Part shown: positions 1 to 8,204 of the stretch, piece after piece
How the letters are laid out: each line of letters begins with the position of its first letter
Numbering within the stretch: position 1 is the stretch's first letter
Assembly (NCBI RefSeq): GCF_000010065.1
Contig: NC_006576.1
Coordinates: 2,400,001-2,432,000 of the forward strand
Source of the DNA: Synechococcus elongatus PCC 6301
GTDB lineage: Bacteria > Cyanobacteriota > Cyanobacteriia > Synechococcales > Synechococcaceae
Length of the DNA: 32,000 nucleotides
Direction of reading: 5' to 3'
The notes under the pieces: model-generated
What the model was told of the DNA's origin: nothing
Database searches by the model: none
What the model saw: only the letters and a program-made list of their open reading frames with translations
Made by a program: the position numbers and the translations under genes

Positions 1-430
1 GCTGGCAGACTTCAGCCCAGCGATGCAGCCCCAGTTGTAGTGCTTGGCGTAATTCAGTCAAGGAACAATCGACAATCTTGGCCCAAGCTTCAAAGGAAGG
101 ACGGTGACCCAGCTGCGCGGTCAGGCGATCGCGGCCTTCCTGCAGGTCAACGTAATCCTTGAGAACCCCTCCTTCTTCAACGGCGACGCAATTCCGAACC
201 GCCAACAACTGCATGTAGCGCTGCACCCACCGTGCCTCACTCACCTCTTCATCGCGCCCAAGGAGACGGACTCGCCCGATGTCTTGTAAATACAGCCGAA
301 TCAGATCGGTTGACTGGCGGCTAGAGACCGCTGTTTCCACGGCTTCAGAACTTGGAGTTTCTGACAAGTTAGCGACGTCAGACGAAACTGCTTCGTATTC
401 CGTGGAATGAGTGAAATAGGCAGCCGTCAT
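1..430 (-). CDS. RNA polymerase sigma-70 family factor (group-2-like), N-terminal 143 codons only; the gene runs off the left edge
   Basis: Absent from the ORF track because it has no stop in the window. Reverse complement from ATG 430..428 reads MTAAYFTHSTEYEAV...STDLIRLYLQDIGRVRLLGRDEEVSEARWVQRYMQLL...LGHRPSFEAWAKIVDCSLTELRQAL with no stop through position 1. DLIRLYLQDIGRVRLL-RDEE is the sigma-70 region 1.2 signature. It may be an rpoD6-type gene, but the discriminating regions lie outside the window. Confidence 0.8.
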   Translation of the reverse strand, partial: MTAAYFTHSTEYEAVSSDVANLSETPSSEAVETAVSSRQSTDLIRLYLQDIGRVRLLGRDEEVSEARWVQRYMQLLAVRNCVAVEEGGVLKDYVDLQEGRDRLTAQLGHRPSFEAWAKIVDCSLTELRQALQLGLHRWAEVCQ

Positions 431-1240
431 GGTGAATATCCAGTTTATTACAGGGATAACGACTGGCTGGAGCGATGCAATATTTTGCCGTCGACTTCAA
501 GGCCAGTGCTTATCTGGAAAATAGTCTCTCTATAAAAAATAAAATTCTTGCCAGTGCCCCAGCTCTCTTTAGATTTTGGCCAAAATGTAAGTCCTCGGTA
601 AAGCCCAGATGTTGCTTTGATATTTGCCCAGTTCAGTGCTTGGTTTCTTGAACTTTTGTATCCCTCTAGCTCACCATTGAGAACCATCAAGAATTCTGAG
701 AAAACATGTGGCATCAACGCTGAGTTTGCATTGTTGGCGATCGCTCGTCTGAAATGACTCCCCTACTCGGAATCCAGCCTAGAGGGCCATTGCGGCTTTG
801 CCCTAGGAGAATCGTGATTCTATGAGTGAGCCTCTGGGCTCTGGGGGCGCTGGAAAGGGTGCTTGCCTGCTGGCTTGGGGCTGTTAGAGCTGCAAAAATC
901 TTTCTCAATGCGGCGTCCAGCCCCGCTTGGCTGTATTCTTGTTTCTCGACAGCGCCGAGTATGATGGAGGTTCCCCGCAATTCCCAGGAATGGGTCGGAA
1001 CTCTTTAGCGCTTCATGCTCTTCATTTCCCTGTATGACGCAGCAGCTCGTAAAATCTGTGAGCAAAACTGGTTTTCGCTGGTGCTTCTCGAGCAGGTTTA
1101 GAGTCTTGGCATGATGGACAGAAGCGCGAGTCTACAGAAGCTGTCATTACCAAAACTCTGTGTGCCGATGCGCCGCCAGACAATGGGCGCAGAGTTGTCT
1201 GCTTTCGCTATCGATGCTGTTTGGGGTTAGGAGGTTGTCA

Positions 1241-2278
1241 TTGTCACAGGGCTATCGCGTTGCAATTCTTGGAGCGACCGGTGCAGTTGGCACTGAGCTA
1301 CTGCAGATCCTAGAAGAGCGTCAGTTTCCGATCGCTGAGTTACGGCTGTTAGCTTCCCCTCGTTCTGCGGGCCAAACCCTGACTTTTGCAGGAGAAACGC
1401 TGACGATCCAAGAAGCGACTCCCAGCGCCTTCCAAGGTCTTGATATCGTCTTAGCCTCCGCGGGGGGCAGCACCTCCAAAGCGTTGGCAGAAGCGATCGT
1501 GGCTGCGGGTGCTGTCATGATCGATAACTCCAGCGCCTTTCGGATGGATCCGACAGTCCCCTTAGTAGTGCCTGAGGTCAATCCAGAAGCCGCAGCCCAG
1601 CACCAAGGCATCATCGCTAACCCTAACTGCACGACAATTTTGATGGCGATCGCGCTGTGGCCGTTGCAGCAGCGCCATCCGATCCGCCGGATTGTGGTCT
1701 CCACCTACCAATCGGCTAGTGGTGCTGGGGCGCGGGCGATGGCAGAAGTCCAAGAGCAAAGCCGAGCCATTCTTGCCGGTCAACCCGCGATCGCTGAAAT
1801 CCTGCCCTATCCCTTGGCTTTCAACCTCTTCCCCCACAACTCGCCTCTGACTGAGTCGGGCTACTGCGAAGAAGAGCTGAAGATGCTCAACGAAAGTCGT
1901 AAGATTTTTGGCCTGCCCGACCTTAAGCTGACGGCTACCTGTGTGCGAGTGCCTGTGCTGCGTGCTCACTCAGAAGCCATTAACGTCGAATTCACGGAGC
2001 CGTTCTCGGTGGCTGAAGCCCGGGAAGCGATCGCAGCTGCTCCTGGGGCGAGACTGCTAGAAGACTGGGACCGCAACTACTTCCCGATGCCGATTGAAGC
2101 CAGCGGCGAGGATGACGTCTTAGTCGGACGTATCCGTCAGGATCTGTCGGAACCAAACGCCTTGGAATTGTGGATCTGTGGCGATCAGATTCGCAAAGGT
2201 GCAGCTCTCAATGCAGTGCAGATTGCCGAACTACTGGTGAAACGCCAGTGGCTGCGATCGCCGGCTCTGACTCACTAA
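1241..2278 (+). CDS. asd: aspartate-semialdehyde dehydrogenase
   Basis: Contains the [22 protein letters not shown] Rossmann N-terminus and the [10 protein letters not shown] active-site Cys motif. The ORF-track start at 1160 adds about 30 non-conserved residues. AGGAGG at 1229-1234 followed by in-frame TTG at 1241 (giving ..[10 protein letters not shown]) looks like the real start. ATG 1214 is the alternative. Confidence 0.93.
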   Translation: MSQGYRVAILGATGAVGTELLQILEERQFPIAELRLLASPRSAGQTLTFAGETLTIQEATPSAFQGLDIVLASAGGSTSKALAEAIVAAGAVMIDNSSAFRMDPTVPLVVPEVNPEAAAQHQGIIANPNCTTILMAIALWPLQQRHPIRRIVVSTYQSASGAGARAMAEVQEQSRAILAGQPAIAEILPYPLAFNLFPHNSPLTESGYCEEELKMLNESRKIFGLPDLKLTATCVRVPVLRAHSEAINVEFTEPFSVAEAREAIAAAPGARLLEDWDRNYFPMPIEASGEDDVLVGRIRQDLSEPNALELWICGDQIRKGAALNAVQIAELLVKRQWLRSPALTH

Positions 2279-2294
2279 ACGTTTGCAGCACGCG

Positions 2295-3194
2295 ATGCCC
2301 CAGCCTTATCCCTTCGGCCGTGTGATCACGGCCATGATTACTCCATTCAATGCCGAGGGCCAGGTGGCCTACGACATTGCTCAGTCCTTAGCTGTCCACC
2401 TGGTTGAACAGGGCAGTGATGGCCTTGTGATTTGTGGCACCACTGGTGAGTCACCCACCCTCACTTGGGAAGAAGAACTGCAACTGTTCCGGGCCGTGAA
2501 AGAAGCAGTGGGCGATCGTGCCGCTGTGATTGCCGGCACTGGCTCCAATTGCACCCGTGAGGCGATCGCGGCCACCCAAAGTGCTGCAACCCTTGGGCTA
2601 AACGGTAGCTTGCAAGTGGTGCCCTACTATAACAAGCCACCCCAGGAAGGGCTGTATGCTCATTTTCGGGCGATCGCTGAAGCCTGTCCCGACCTGCCCC
2701 TGATGCTGTACAACATCCCTGGGCGAACCGGTCAAAGCCTTCAACCCGAAACGGTTGCTAGACTGGCGTCACTCCCGAATGTGGTCGCCATCAAAGCAGC
2801 CAGTGGCAATGTTGAAGAAGTCAGCGCGCTGCGTCAGCTGCTGCCCGATTCCTTTGCCATCTACTCCGGTGATGACTCGCTCACCCTGCCGATGCTGGCA
2901 GTCGGTGCCCAAGGCGTGGTTAGCGTTGCCAGCCATCTGGTTGGACCCCAGCTGCAAGCCCTCATCCAAGCGTTCGAAGCAGGGAATGTGGCACGAGCGC
3001 AACAGTTGCACCATCAGCTCTACCCGCTGTTTAAGGCGTTGTTCCTGACCACCAATCCCATCCCTGTGCGAGCGGCTATGGAATTGCTGGGCTGGTCAAT
3101 CGGGCTTCCTCGTCTGCCCTTGGTGCCTGCGAGCGCAGAAATTCGTCAAGCGCTGGCGAGTTGTTTAACGGAACTCGGTCTTTACACCGCTTAG
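2295..3194 (+). CDS. dapA: 4-hydroxy-tetrahydrodipicolinate synthase
   Basis: Contains the [30 protein letters not shown] and AIKAASG (Schiff-base Lys position) motifs. The ORF opens at TTG 2283 and the first ATG is 2295. It starts 5-17 nt after the asd stop, which suggests an operon. Confidence 0.93.
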   Translation: MPQPYPFGRVITAMITPFNAEGQVAYDIAQSLAVHLVEQGSDGLVICGTTGESPTLTWEEELQLFRAVKEAVGDRAAVIAGTGSNCTREAIAATQSAATLGLNGSLQVVPYYNKPPQEGLYAHFRAIAEACPDLPLMLYNIPGRTGQSLQPETVARLASLPNVVAIKAASGNVEEVSALRQLLPDSFAIYSGDDSLTLPMLAVGAQGVVSVASHLVGPQLQALIQAFEAGNVARAQQLHHQLYPLFKALFLTTNPIPVRAAMELLGWSIGLPRLPLVPASAEIRQALASCLTELGLYTA

Positions 3195-3242
3195 CAAGTT
3201 CCCCAAGTTTGTCCTTTCTTTTACTTGTTGACTCTCAAGCCT

Positions 3243-5072
3243 ATGCCTTCTCAAAAACCCATCATCGTCTCCAAAACCAGTGCTGCTGCTAGCTCTAGTT
3301 CTGACCGGCTGCGGATTATTCCCTTGGGCGGTCTTCACGAGATTGGCAAGAACACTTGTATCTACGAAGTCGGCGATGAAATTCTGCTGGTTGATGCTGG
3401 GTTAGCCTTCCCGACGGATGGGATGCATGGTGTAAATGTCGTGCTGCCCGACATGACCTACCTACGGGAAAATCAGCATCGCATTAAGGCGATGGTGGTC
3501 ACCCATGGTCACGAAGACCACATCGGTGGCATTCCCTTTCACTTGCGTCAGCTCGACATCCCGATCATCTATGGGCCACGTCTGGCGATGGCCTTGCTTG
3601 CCGGGAAGTTGGAGGAAGCCGGTGTTGTTGGCCGCGCCAATGTCAAAACCGTGCAACCCCGCGAAGTGGTGCGCATTGGTCAAAACTTCCTAGTCGAGTT
3701 CATTCGCAATACCCACTCGATCGCGGACAGTTTTACGCTGGCGATTCGCACACCCTTGGGTGTAGTGATTCACACCGGTGACTTTAAGTTCGACCACACG
3801 CCTGTGGATGGCGAAACCTTCGACATTCAACGGCTGGCAGATTACGGCGAACAAGGCGTTCTCTGTCTGGTCAGTGATTCGACCAACGCGGAGCTTCCCG
3901 GCTTCACGCCGTCTGAACGATCGGTTTTCCCCAATCTCGATCGTGCCTTTTCCCAGGCACAGGGTCGCTTGATTGTTACGACCTTTGCCTCATCGGTGCA
4001 CCGGGTCAACATGATCCTCGAGCTGGCGAAGAAGCATGGTCGCAAAGTCACAGTCCTAGGGCGATCGATGCTCAACGTCATCGCTCATGCCCGCAATTTG
4101 GGCTACATCCATTGCAGCGATGATCTGTTCCTGCCCCCGAAGGAGCTACGGGATCATCCCGATCGCGACGTGCTGATTTTGACCACCGGCAGCCAAGGCG
4201 AGCCGCTGGCAGCCCTGACGCGGATTGCGCGACAAGAGCATCCACAGGTCAAGATTCGCCAAGGCGACACGGTGATCTTCTCGGCCAACCCAATTCCGGG
4301 CAACACCATCTCTGTGGTCAACACGATTGACCAACTGATGATGCAGGGTGCTCACGTTGTTTACGGCAAGGGTGCCGGCATCCACGTTTCGGGACACGGC
4401 TGCCAAGAAGACCAAAAGCTGATGATCGCGCTGACCAAGCCGAAGTTCTTCGTGCCGGTCCACGGCGAGCACCGGATGTTGGTACAGCACTGCAAAACGG
4501 CCCAATCGATGGGCGTGCCGCCGGAACACATGATCGTGATCGACAACGGCGACACGGTGGAGCTGACGCCGGAATCGATTGGTTTGGGCGATCGCGTCAC
4601 CGCTGGGATTGAACTGGTCGATACCTCTCGTACGGGTTTGGTGGATGGCAAGGCGCTCAAAGAGCGTCAGCAGCTGGCCGAAGACGGCTTAGTCTCCCTG
4701 TCGGCACTGGTCAATAGCCAAGGTCAACTCGTCGACGCTCCCACGGTTCATCTACGGGGTGTTGTCACCTCGGCAGACCCGCGTCGCGTCAGCGTTTGGG
4801 CACAAAAAGAAGTGGAAATGGCGCTCGACAATCGTTGGGCTGACTACTGTCGCCGCTTGCCCAGTGGTGAGCTGGATGTCGATTGGGTGGGTCTACATGC
4901 CGAGGTCGAAGTAGGGATGCAACGCCGCCTCAAGCGGGAGCTGCAATGCGTGCCAATGATTCTCTGTACCTTGCAGTCAGTGCCTAGCGTGGCAGCACAG
5001 CCCGCTGAAGAAGATAACCGCATGCGCCGCCGCCGTTCTTCAGCTCCGATCAAAGTGGGCGCCAAGCTCTAA
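3243..5072 (+). CDS. rnj: ribonuclease J (metallo-beta-lactamase/beta-CASP family)
   Basis: Contains HGHEDHIGG, the GDFKFDHTP and VSDSTNAE beta-CASP-type motifs, and HVSGHG/PVHGEHR. Length is about 600 aa. The first ATG is 3243 (TTG 3225 opens the ORF). The C-terminal tail is ..EEDNRMRRRRSSAPIKVGAKL. Confidence 0.9.
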   Translation: MPSQKPIIVSKTSAAASSSSDRLRIIPLGGLHEIGKNTCIYEVGDEILLVDAGLAFPTDGMHGVNVVLPDMTYLRENQHRIKAMVVTHGHEDHIGGIPFHLRQLDIPIIYGPRLAMALLAGKLEEAGVVGRANVKTVQPREVVRIGQNFLVEFIRNTHSIADSFTLAIRTPLGVVIHTGDFKFDHTPVDGETFDIQRLADYGEQGVLCLVSDSTNAELPGFTPSERSVFPNLDRAFSQAQGRLIVTTFASSVHRVNMILELAKKHGRKVTVLGRSMLNVIAHARNLGYIHCSDDLFLPPKELRDHPDRDVLILTTGSQGEPLAALTRIARQEHPQVKIRQGDTVIFSANPIPGNTISVVNTIDQLMMQGAHVVYGKGAGIHVSGHGCQEDQKLMIALTKPKFFVPVHGEHRMLVQHCKTAQSMGVPPEHMIVIDNGDTVELTPESIGLGDRVTAGIELVDTSRTGLVDGKALKERQQLAEDGLVSLSALVNSQGQLVDAPTVHLRGVVTSADPRRVSVWAQKEVEMALDNRWADYCRRLPSGELDVDWVGLHAEVEVGMQRRLKRELQCVPMILCTLQSVPSVAAQPAEEDNRMRRRRSSAPIKVGAKL

Positions 5073-5099
5073 ACCCTAAGAGCGATCGCTCTTTACGTC

Positions 5100-5127
5100 A
5101 AAGCCCCTGCATTGCAGGGGCTTTTTC
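5100..5127 (+). terminator. rho-independent terminator after rnj
   Basis: GCCCCTGC (5103-5110), loop ATT, GCAGGGGC (5114-5121) form a perfect 8-bp GC-rich stem followed by TTTTT (5122-5126). It lies 30 nt after the rnj stop. Confidence 0.8.
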
Positions 5128-5170
5128 TGTTGAGGGAGGGGTCAGATGCGATTGCAACGTCGTGAAGAGC

Positions 5171-5398
5171 TTAGGCTATAGACTCCGCGAGTTGCAGAAA
5201 CTGATGGCGTTCTAGAGTCACTTCGCCGTGATCCGGCACCCACGCAATCCAGGCATCATTCAAGGCTTCACACATCAAGAGAGCACGGTCGTAGCTGTAC
5301 TCAGAACAGCGATCGCGCAATTGCACCCACTGGCGCGGCATTGGAACGAACCGATCTGAAGCCGCAATGCCCTGAGAAACTGGAAGAATCGTGCTCAT
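5171..5398 (-). CDS. hypothetical small protein (75 aa)
   Basis: Only the intact ORF in the gap between rnj and queF, with GC and HIP1 content matching neighbouring genes. No recognisable motif. Confidence 0.45.
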   Translation of the reverse strand: MSTILPVSQGIAASDRFVPMPRQWVQLRDRCSEYSYDRALLMCEALNDAWIAWVPDHGEVTLERHQFLQLAESIA

Positions 5399-5563
5399 GG
5401 GCCACCTTTGGTAGCAACGGATACAAAAATTCTAGGTTTTGGTATTTGGCGATCGCTGAATTCCGGAACAAACTTAACCTCCTGTTGAGCCATGGGCAGA
5501 GAAGGTTGGTCAAGAGTCCTGAGCGCGACAGGCGAGAATAGAGAGCGATCGCTGCAGAAGTTC

Positions 5564-6016
5564 ATGACCGAAACGCTCACTCAACTCGGCCAAATGGTTG
5601 GCCTGCCGGCTAGCCCAGAGGTTGCCGTTCTAGAAACCTTCGACAACCCCCACCCCGATCGCCAGTACCTCGTGCGGTTTGTTGCGCCGGAATTCACCTC
5701 GCTTTGCCCGCTGACAGGGCAGCCGGATTTTGCTCATTTGGTGCTCGACTACGTTCCCGATCAACGGTTGGTCGAAAGCAAGTCACTCAAGCTGTTTTTG
5801 GGCAGCTTCCGCAATCACGGTGCCTTCCACGAAAACTGTACCCTCACGATCGCCAAGCGCCTCGAAGAAGCGATGAACCCGACGTGGCTACGCTTGGGCG
5901 GTTACTGGTATCCGCGCGGTGGTTTGCCGATCGATGTCTTCTACCAATCGGGGGAACCGCCGGCTGGCGTTTGGGTACCAGAGCAAGGGGTTGCACCCTA
6001 TCGGGGTCGCGGCTGA
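5564..6016 (+). CDS. queF: NADPH-dependent 7-cyano-7-deazaguanine (preQ0) reductase, unimodular type
   Basis: Contains [14 protein letters not shown] (catalytic Cys) and [10 protein letters not shown], which matches the QueF motif E(S/L)K(S/A)hK(L/Y)(Y/F/W). ATG 5564 ([10 protein letters not shown]) is preferred over the upstream ORF-track start at 5492. Confidence 0.9.
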   Translation: MTETLTQLGQMVGLPASPEVAVLETFDNPHPDRQYLVRFVAPEFTSLCPLTGQPDFAHLVLDYVPDQRLVESKSLKLFLGSFRNHGAFHENCTLTIAKRLEEAMNPTWLRLGGYWYPRGGLPIDVFYQSGEPPAGVWVPEQGVAPYRGRG

Positions 6017-6825
6017 TGCCAGCGGCAACTGAGACAGTTCAGCAGGCAGCGGTAGCCGACTTTCGTTACACACCTCCACCCGCAGCAGCTACGGCTCGAC
6101 GGATTCTCGTCAAACCCAATCTGGGCTATCCGGTGGGGCCGCCTGTCACCGTGGGGATGCCGGTATTGAAAGCTGTGCTGACGGGACTGCGACAGGTTAA
6201 TCCCAGCGCCGAAATCCTGATCGTGGAAGGGGTTTGCTCACCGGTGCCTCTGTCTGAAATTGCCGATCGCTTGGGGGTGCGATCGCTCTTGGATGAGGGC
6301 ATGCAGCTTTTGGATGCTGACCAGCTGCCCCAGGCAGAATATCCCAATCGACTACCGAGCCCGACCCGCTTTGCCAGCCTTTGGGCTCCGCGGCTGCTAG
6401 CGGAAGTGGACTGCCGAATCACGGTCGGGACGCTCAAACAGACCAATCTCCAGAGCAGTCCGCTGATTTCTGCTTCGCTCAAAAATCTCTACGGACTGCT
6501 GCCGCGCGATCGCTACAAAGCGCGGAGTAGCCACTCGCGGGGACAACTGCATCGCCCTTCGGTGCCATTGGTGTTGCGCGACGTCTGGGGCTGCATTGGC
6601 CATCTGTTCGATGGGGCAGTCGTGGATGGCAGTTGGCGCTACATTAGTCCCGACTGGAAACCCGATCGCGCCAAGGCGGGTCAATGGCTCGGCCAAGTGA
6701 TCTGGGGAGAGGATCCGATCGCGGTGGACCGCCAAGCCTGTCGTGTGGCTCAGTTCGAGGAACCGGAGTATCTGCAAACCTTGGCACAGTGGCGACAAAA
6801 CCTCTTGACATGCCCCCCGTCCTAA
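6016..6825 (+). CDS. DUF362-like protein of unknown function (C-terminal codons apparently supplied by the inserted IS end)
   Basis: ATG 6016 overlaps the queF stop (TGATG). The pattern ILVKPNLG...ILIVEG...ISASLKNLYGLLP...VVDGSW resembles the DUF362 family (recognised by eye, no HMM run). The 5704..6015 part of the ORF-track entry overlaps queF in another frame and is rejected. Confidence 0.6.
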   Translation: MPAATETVQQAAVADFRYTPPPAAATARRILVKPNLGYPVGPPVTVGMPVLKAVLTGLRQVNPSAEILIVEGVCSPVPLSEIADRLGVRSLLDEGMQLLDADQLPQAEYPNRLPSPTRFASLWAPRLLAEVDCRITVGTLKQTNLQSSPLISASLKNLYGLLPRDRYKARSSHSRGQLHRPSVPLVLRDVWGCIGHLFDGAVVDGSWRYISPDWKPDRAKAGQWLGQVIWGEDPIAVDRQACRVAQFEEPEYLQTLAQWRQNLLTCPPS

Positions 6826-6967
6826 AGAACAGGGATTCAAACAGCCTCGCGGCTTGTTCTTACTGGTTCAGCGACTGCACTTACAGAAGTGGGTTGCCCT
6901 ACTTCGGCAGAGGTGCTTATCTCCCCAGTCGTTTGCTCTTGCGACCCGGTTTCGGCATGCCCTGCCG
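6785..6967 (-). ncRNA. predicted omega-RNA (reRNA) scaffold overlapping the tnpB 3' end, plus about 20 nt of flank-derived guide
   Basis: Minus-strand RNA structure seen by eye: a long-range pair of CGGCAG (about 6967-6962) with CUGCCG (about 6909-6904). A hairpin GAAGUAGGG-CAA-CCCACUUC lies at 6905..6886. AGCC-GCGA-GGCU (GNRA loop) lies at 6854..6843. The terminal hairpin CCCUGUUC-UUUA-GGACGGGG uses U-G pairs that form only on this strand. Guide candidate is GAGGTTTTGTCGCCACTGTG (6804..6785). The 5' extent is a guess. Confidence 0.45.
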
Positions 6968-8105
6968 TACCGTTGTTCCATTCCGCGCCGACGACTTCTA
7001 ACCCTCGCTTGAGGATATTGAGCGCGGCATTTTGGTCGCGGCAAATCGTTAAGCCGCAGTGTGGGCAGTCATGGGTTCTGGTCGAGAGTGACTTCTGCAC
7101 CCGATAACCGCAACCAGAGCAGTCTTGGCTGGTGTAGGCCGGATTAACCGCGACGACGACTTTTCTCCAAAGTTTGCCGTAGTAGCCCAGCCAGTGGGTG
7201 AACTGCGTCCAGCCTGCATCGTGGATGGATTTTGCTAAGTGTCGGCTGCGAACTAAGTTAGGCACCCGCAAATCTTCATAGACCACGATGTCGTTAGACA
7301 CCATTACGCGCCGTGCTTGTTCAATAGCCCAGCTTTTACGTTGGCGCTGAATTTTGAGGTGGACTTTGCCCATTCGCTGACGTTGCTTGTGGTAGTTCTT
7401 GCTCTGAGGCTTCGCTCCTTTCTTGAACCGCTTGGATAGCCGCCGTTGGGCCCGTCTGAGCCGCTTTTCTCCCTTGCGGAAAAACTTGGGACAAGCAACC
7501 TCAGCGCCATTAGAGTCCTTGGTGAAATACTTCAGCCCCAAGTCCAAGCCAATGACGTTGCCGCTGTAGACTCCAGCTTCCTGTCGTTCTACGTCCAAAC
7601 AGAACTGAGCGTAGTACCCATCAGCACGGCGCACCACCCGAACGCGGTTGATTTTGGATGACAGAATTAACTGCCGAGCAGAACCGTCCAACCACAGCTC
7701 CAACTGACCCGCCTTAAAACCGTCGGTGAACGTGATCGACATCCCATCATCCGAGAGTTTCCAGCCCGACGTTTTGTACTCCACTGAGCGGGAATGCTTT
7801 TTGAACTTGGGATAGCCCTTGTGTTTCGCGCCCTCCTTGCAACGGCGATAAAAAGACTGAATCGACTGCCAAGTCCGTTCCGCGGCTGCTTGTCGAGCCT
7901 GCGAATTCAGCAAGCCCATCCAAGGCTGCTCAGCATCTTTAGCTAAGACAGCACAGAACTTTTGCAAGTCGTTTTTGCTAACCCCAGCGTTGTCTCGCCA
8001 GTAGCGAAGACAGCGGTTGTGGACACACTGAGCCGTGCGGATTGCTGCATCGAGTTGGGCAAACTGCTCAGGGGTTCCAGCTAACTTGGCTTCACGGATT
8101 AACAT
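6837..8105 (-). CDS. tnpB: TnpB (IS605 OrfB family, RuvC-like RNA-guided endonuclease)
   Basis: 422 aa. The N-terminal pattern is LAGTPEQFAQLDAAIRTAQCVHNRCL. RuvC triad candidates are GLDLG (D), VVYEDL (E) and CRDQNAALNI (D). The zinc ribbon reads CSGCG...CPHCG. The low-complexity tail (GTAGHAETGSQEQTTGEISTSAEVG..) is typical of an ORF overlapping an RNA-coding end. Confidence 0.9.
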   Translation of the reverse strand: MLIREAKLAGTPEQFAQLDAAIRTAQCVHNRCLRYWRDNAGVSKNDLQKFCAVLAKDAEQPWMGLLNSQARQAAAERTWQSIQSFYRRCKEGAKHKGYPKFKKHSRSVEYKTSGWKLSDDGMSITFTDGFKAGQLELWLDGSARQLILSSKINRVRVVRRADGYYAQFCLDVERQEAGVYSGNVIGLDLGLKYFTKDSNGAEVACPKFFRKGEKRLRRAQRRLSKRFKKGAKPQSKNYHKQRQRMGKVHLKIQRQRKSWAIEQARRVMVSNDIVVYEDLRVPNLVRSRHLAKSIHDAGWTQFTHWLGYYGKLWRKVVVAVNPAYTSQDCSGCGYRVQKSLSTRTHDCPHCGLTICRDQNAALNILKRGLEVVGAEWNNGTAGHAETGSQEQTTGEISTSAEVGQPTSVSAVAEPVRTSREAV

Positions 8106-8110
8106 AGTCT

Positions 8111-8134
8111 TATCCTGGCATTAGTCAGGATAAA
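8111..8134. repeat. perfect 8-bp inverted repeat immediately upstream of the tnpB start
   Basis: TTATCCTG (8111-8118), 8-nt loop gcattagt, CAGGATAA (8127-8134). It lies 6 nt from the tnpB ATG (8105..8103). It could be an operator, a 5'-UTR hairpin or part of the left end. Confidence 0.6.
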
Positions 8135-8204
8135 GCTGTCCTCAAGGACGGGGCTTTAAACCCAGCGCCAAGGGTAAACTGATCCAGCGATCGCCGGAGC
8201 GGGT

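Larger units (their letters stand above)
6805..8174 (-). mobile_element. IS200/IS605-family element carrying only tnpB (no tnpA), IS1341-like; boundaries inferred
   Basis: On the tnpB-sense (minus) strand the layout is 5'-GTTTAC|, 20 nt, hairpin CCCCGTCC-TTGA-GGACAG (8154..8137), tnpB, hairpin CCCTGTTC-TTTA-GGACGGGG (6834..6815), then 10 nt ending in TCAA| (6808..6805). This mirrors the IS608 layout as I recall it (TTAC about 19 nt 5' of the left hairpin, TCAA 10 nt 3' of the right hairpin). There is no GCGATCGC inside. Joining the flanks restores a short DUF362 stop plus a 21-nt spacer to murF. Confidence 0.65.

Noticed and set aside
448-980. Two overlapping minus-strand ORFs (89 and 88 aa) upstream of the sigma-factor gene
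   Set aside because: They have no motifs, atypical low-GC composition, and lie in a probable promoter or leader region. They are kept as a finding to test but are not called as genes.
1000-1240. Possible lysine (L-box) riboswitch upstream of asd-dapA
   Set aside because: The conserved L-box core elements were not recognisable. Only a minor 6-bp hairpin (TGCGCC...GGCGCA) is present.
5399-5563. Possible preQ1 riboswitch upstream of queF
   Set aside because: I looked for a short P1 stem followed by an A-rich tail (..AAAAAACUA..) able to form the pseudoknot. Only ACAAAAATTCTAGG is present, with no matching stem, so the evidence is insufficient.
5704-6015. N-terminal 104 codons of the 373-aa ORF overlapping queF
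   Set aside because: This stretch overlaps the well-supported queF in a different frame, and its translation is Arg/Pro-rich junk. The ATG at 6016, coupled to the queF stop, gives a sensible DUF362-like protein.
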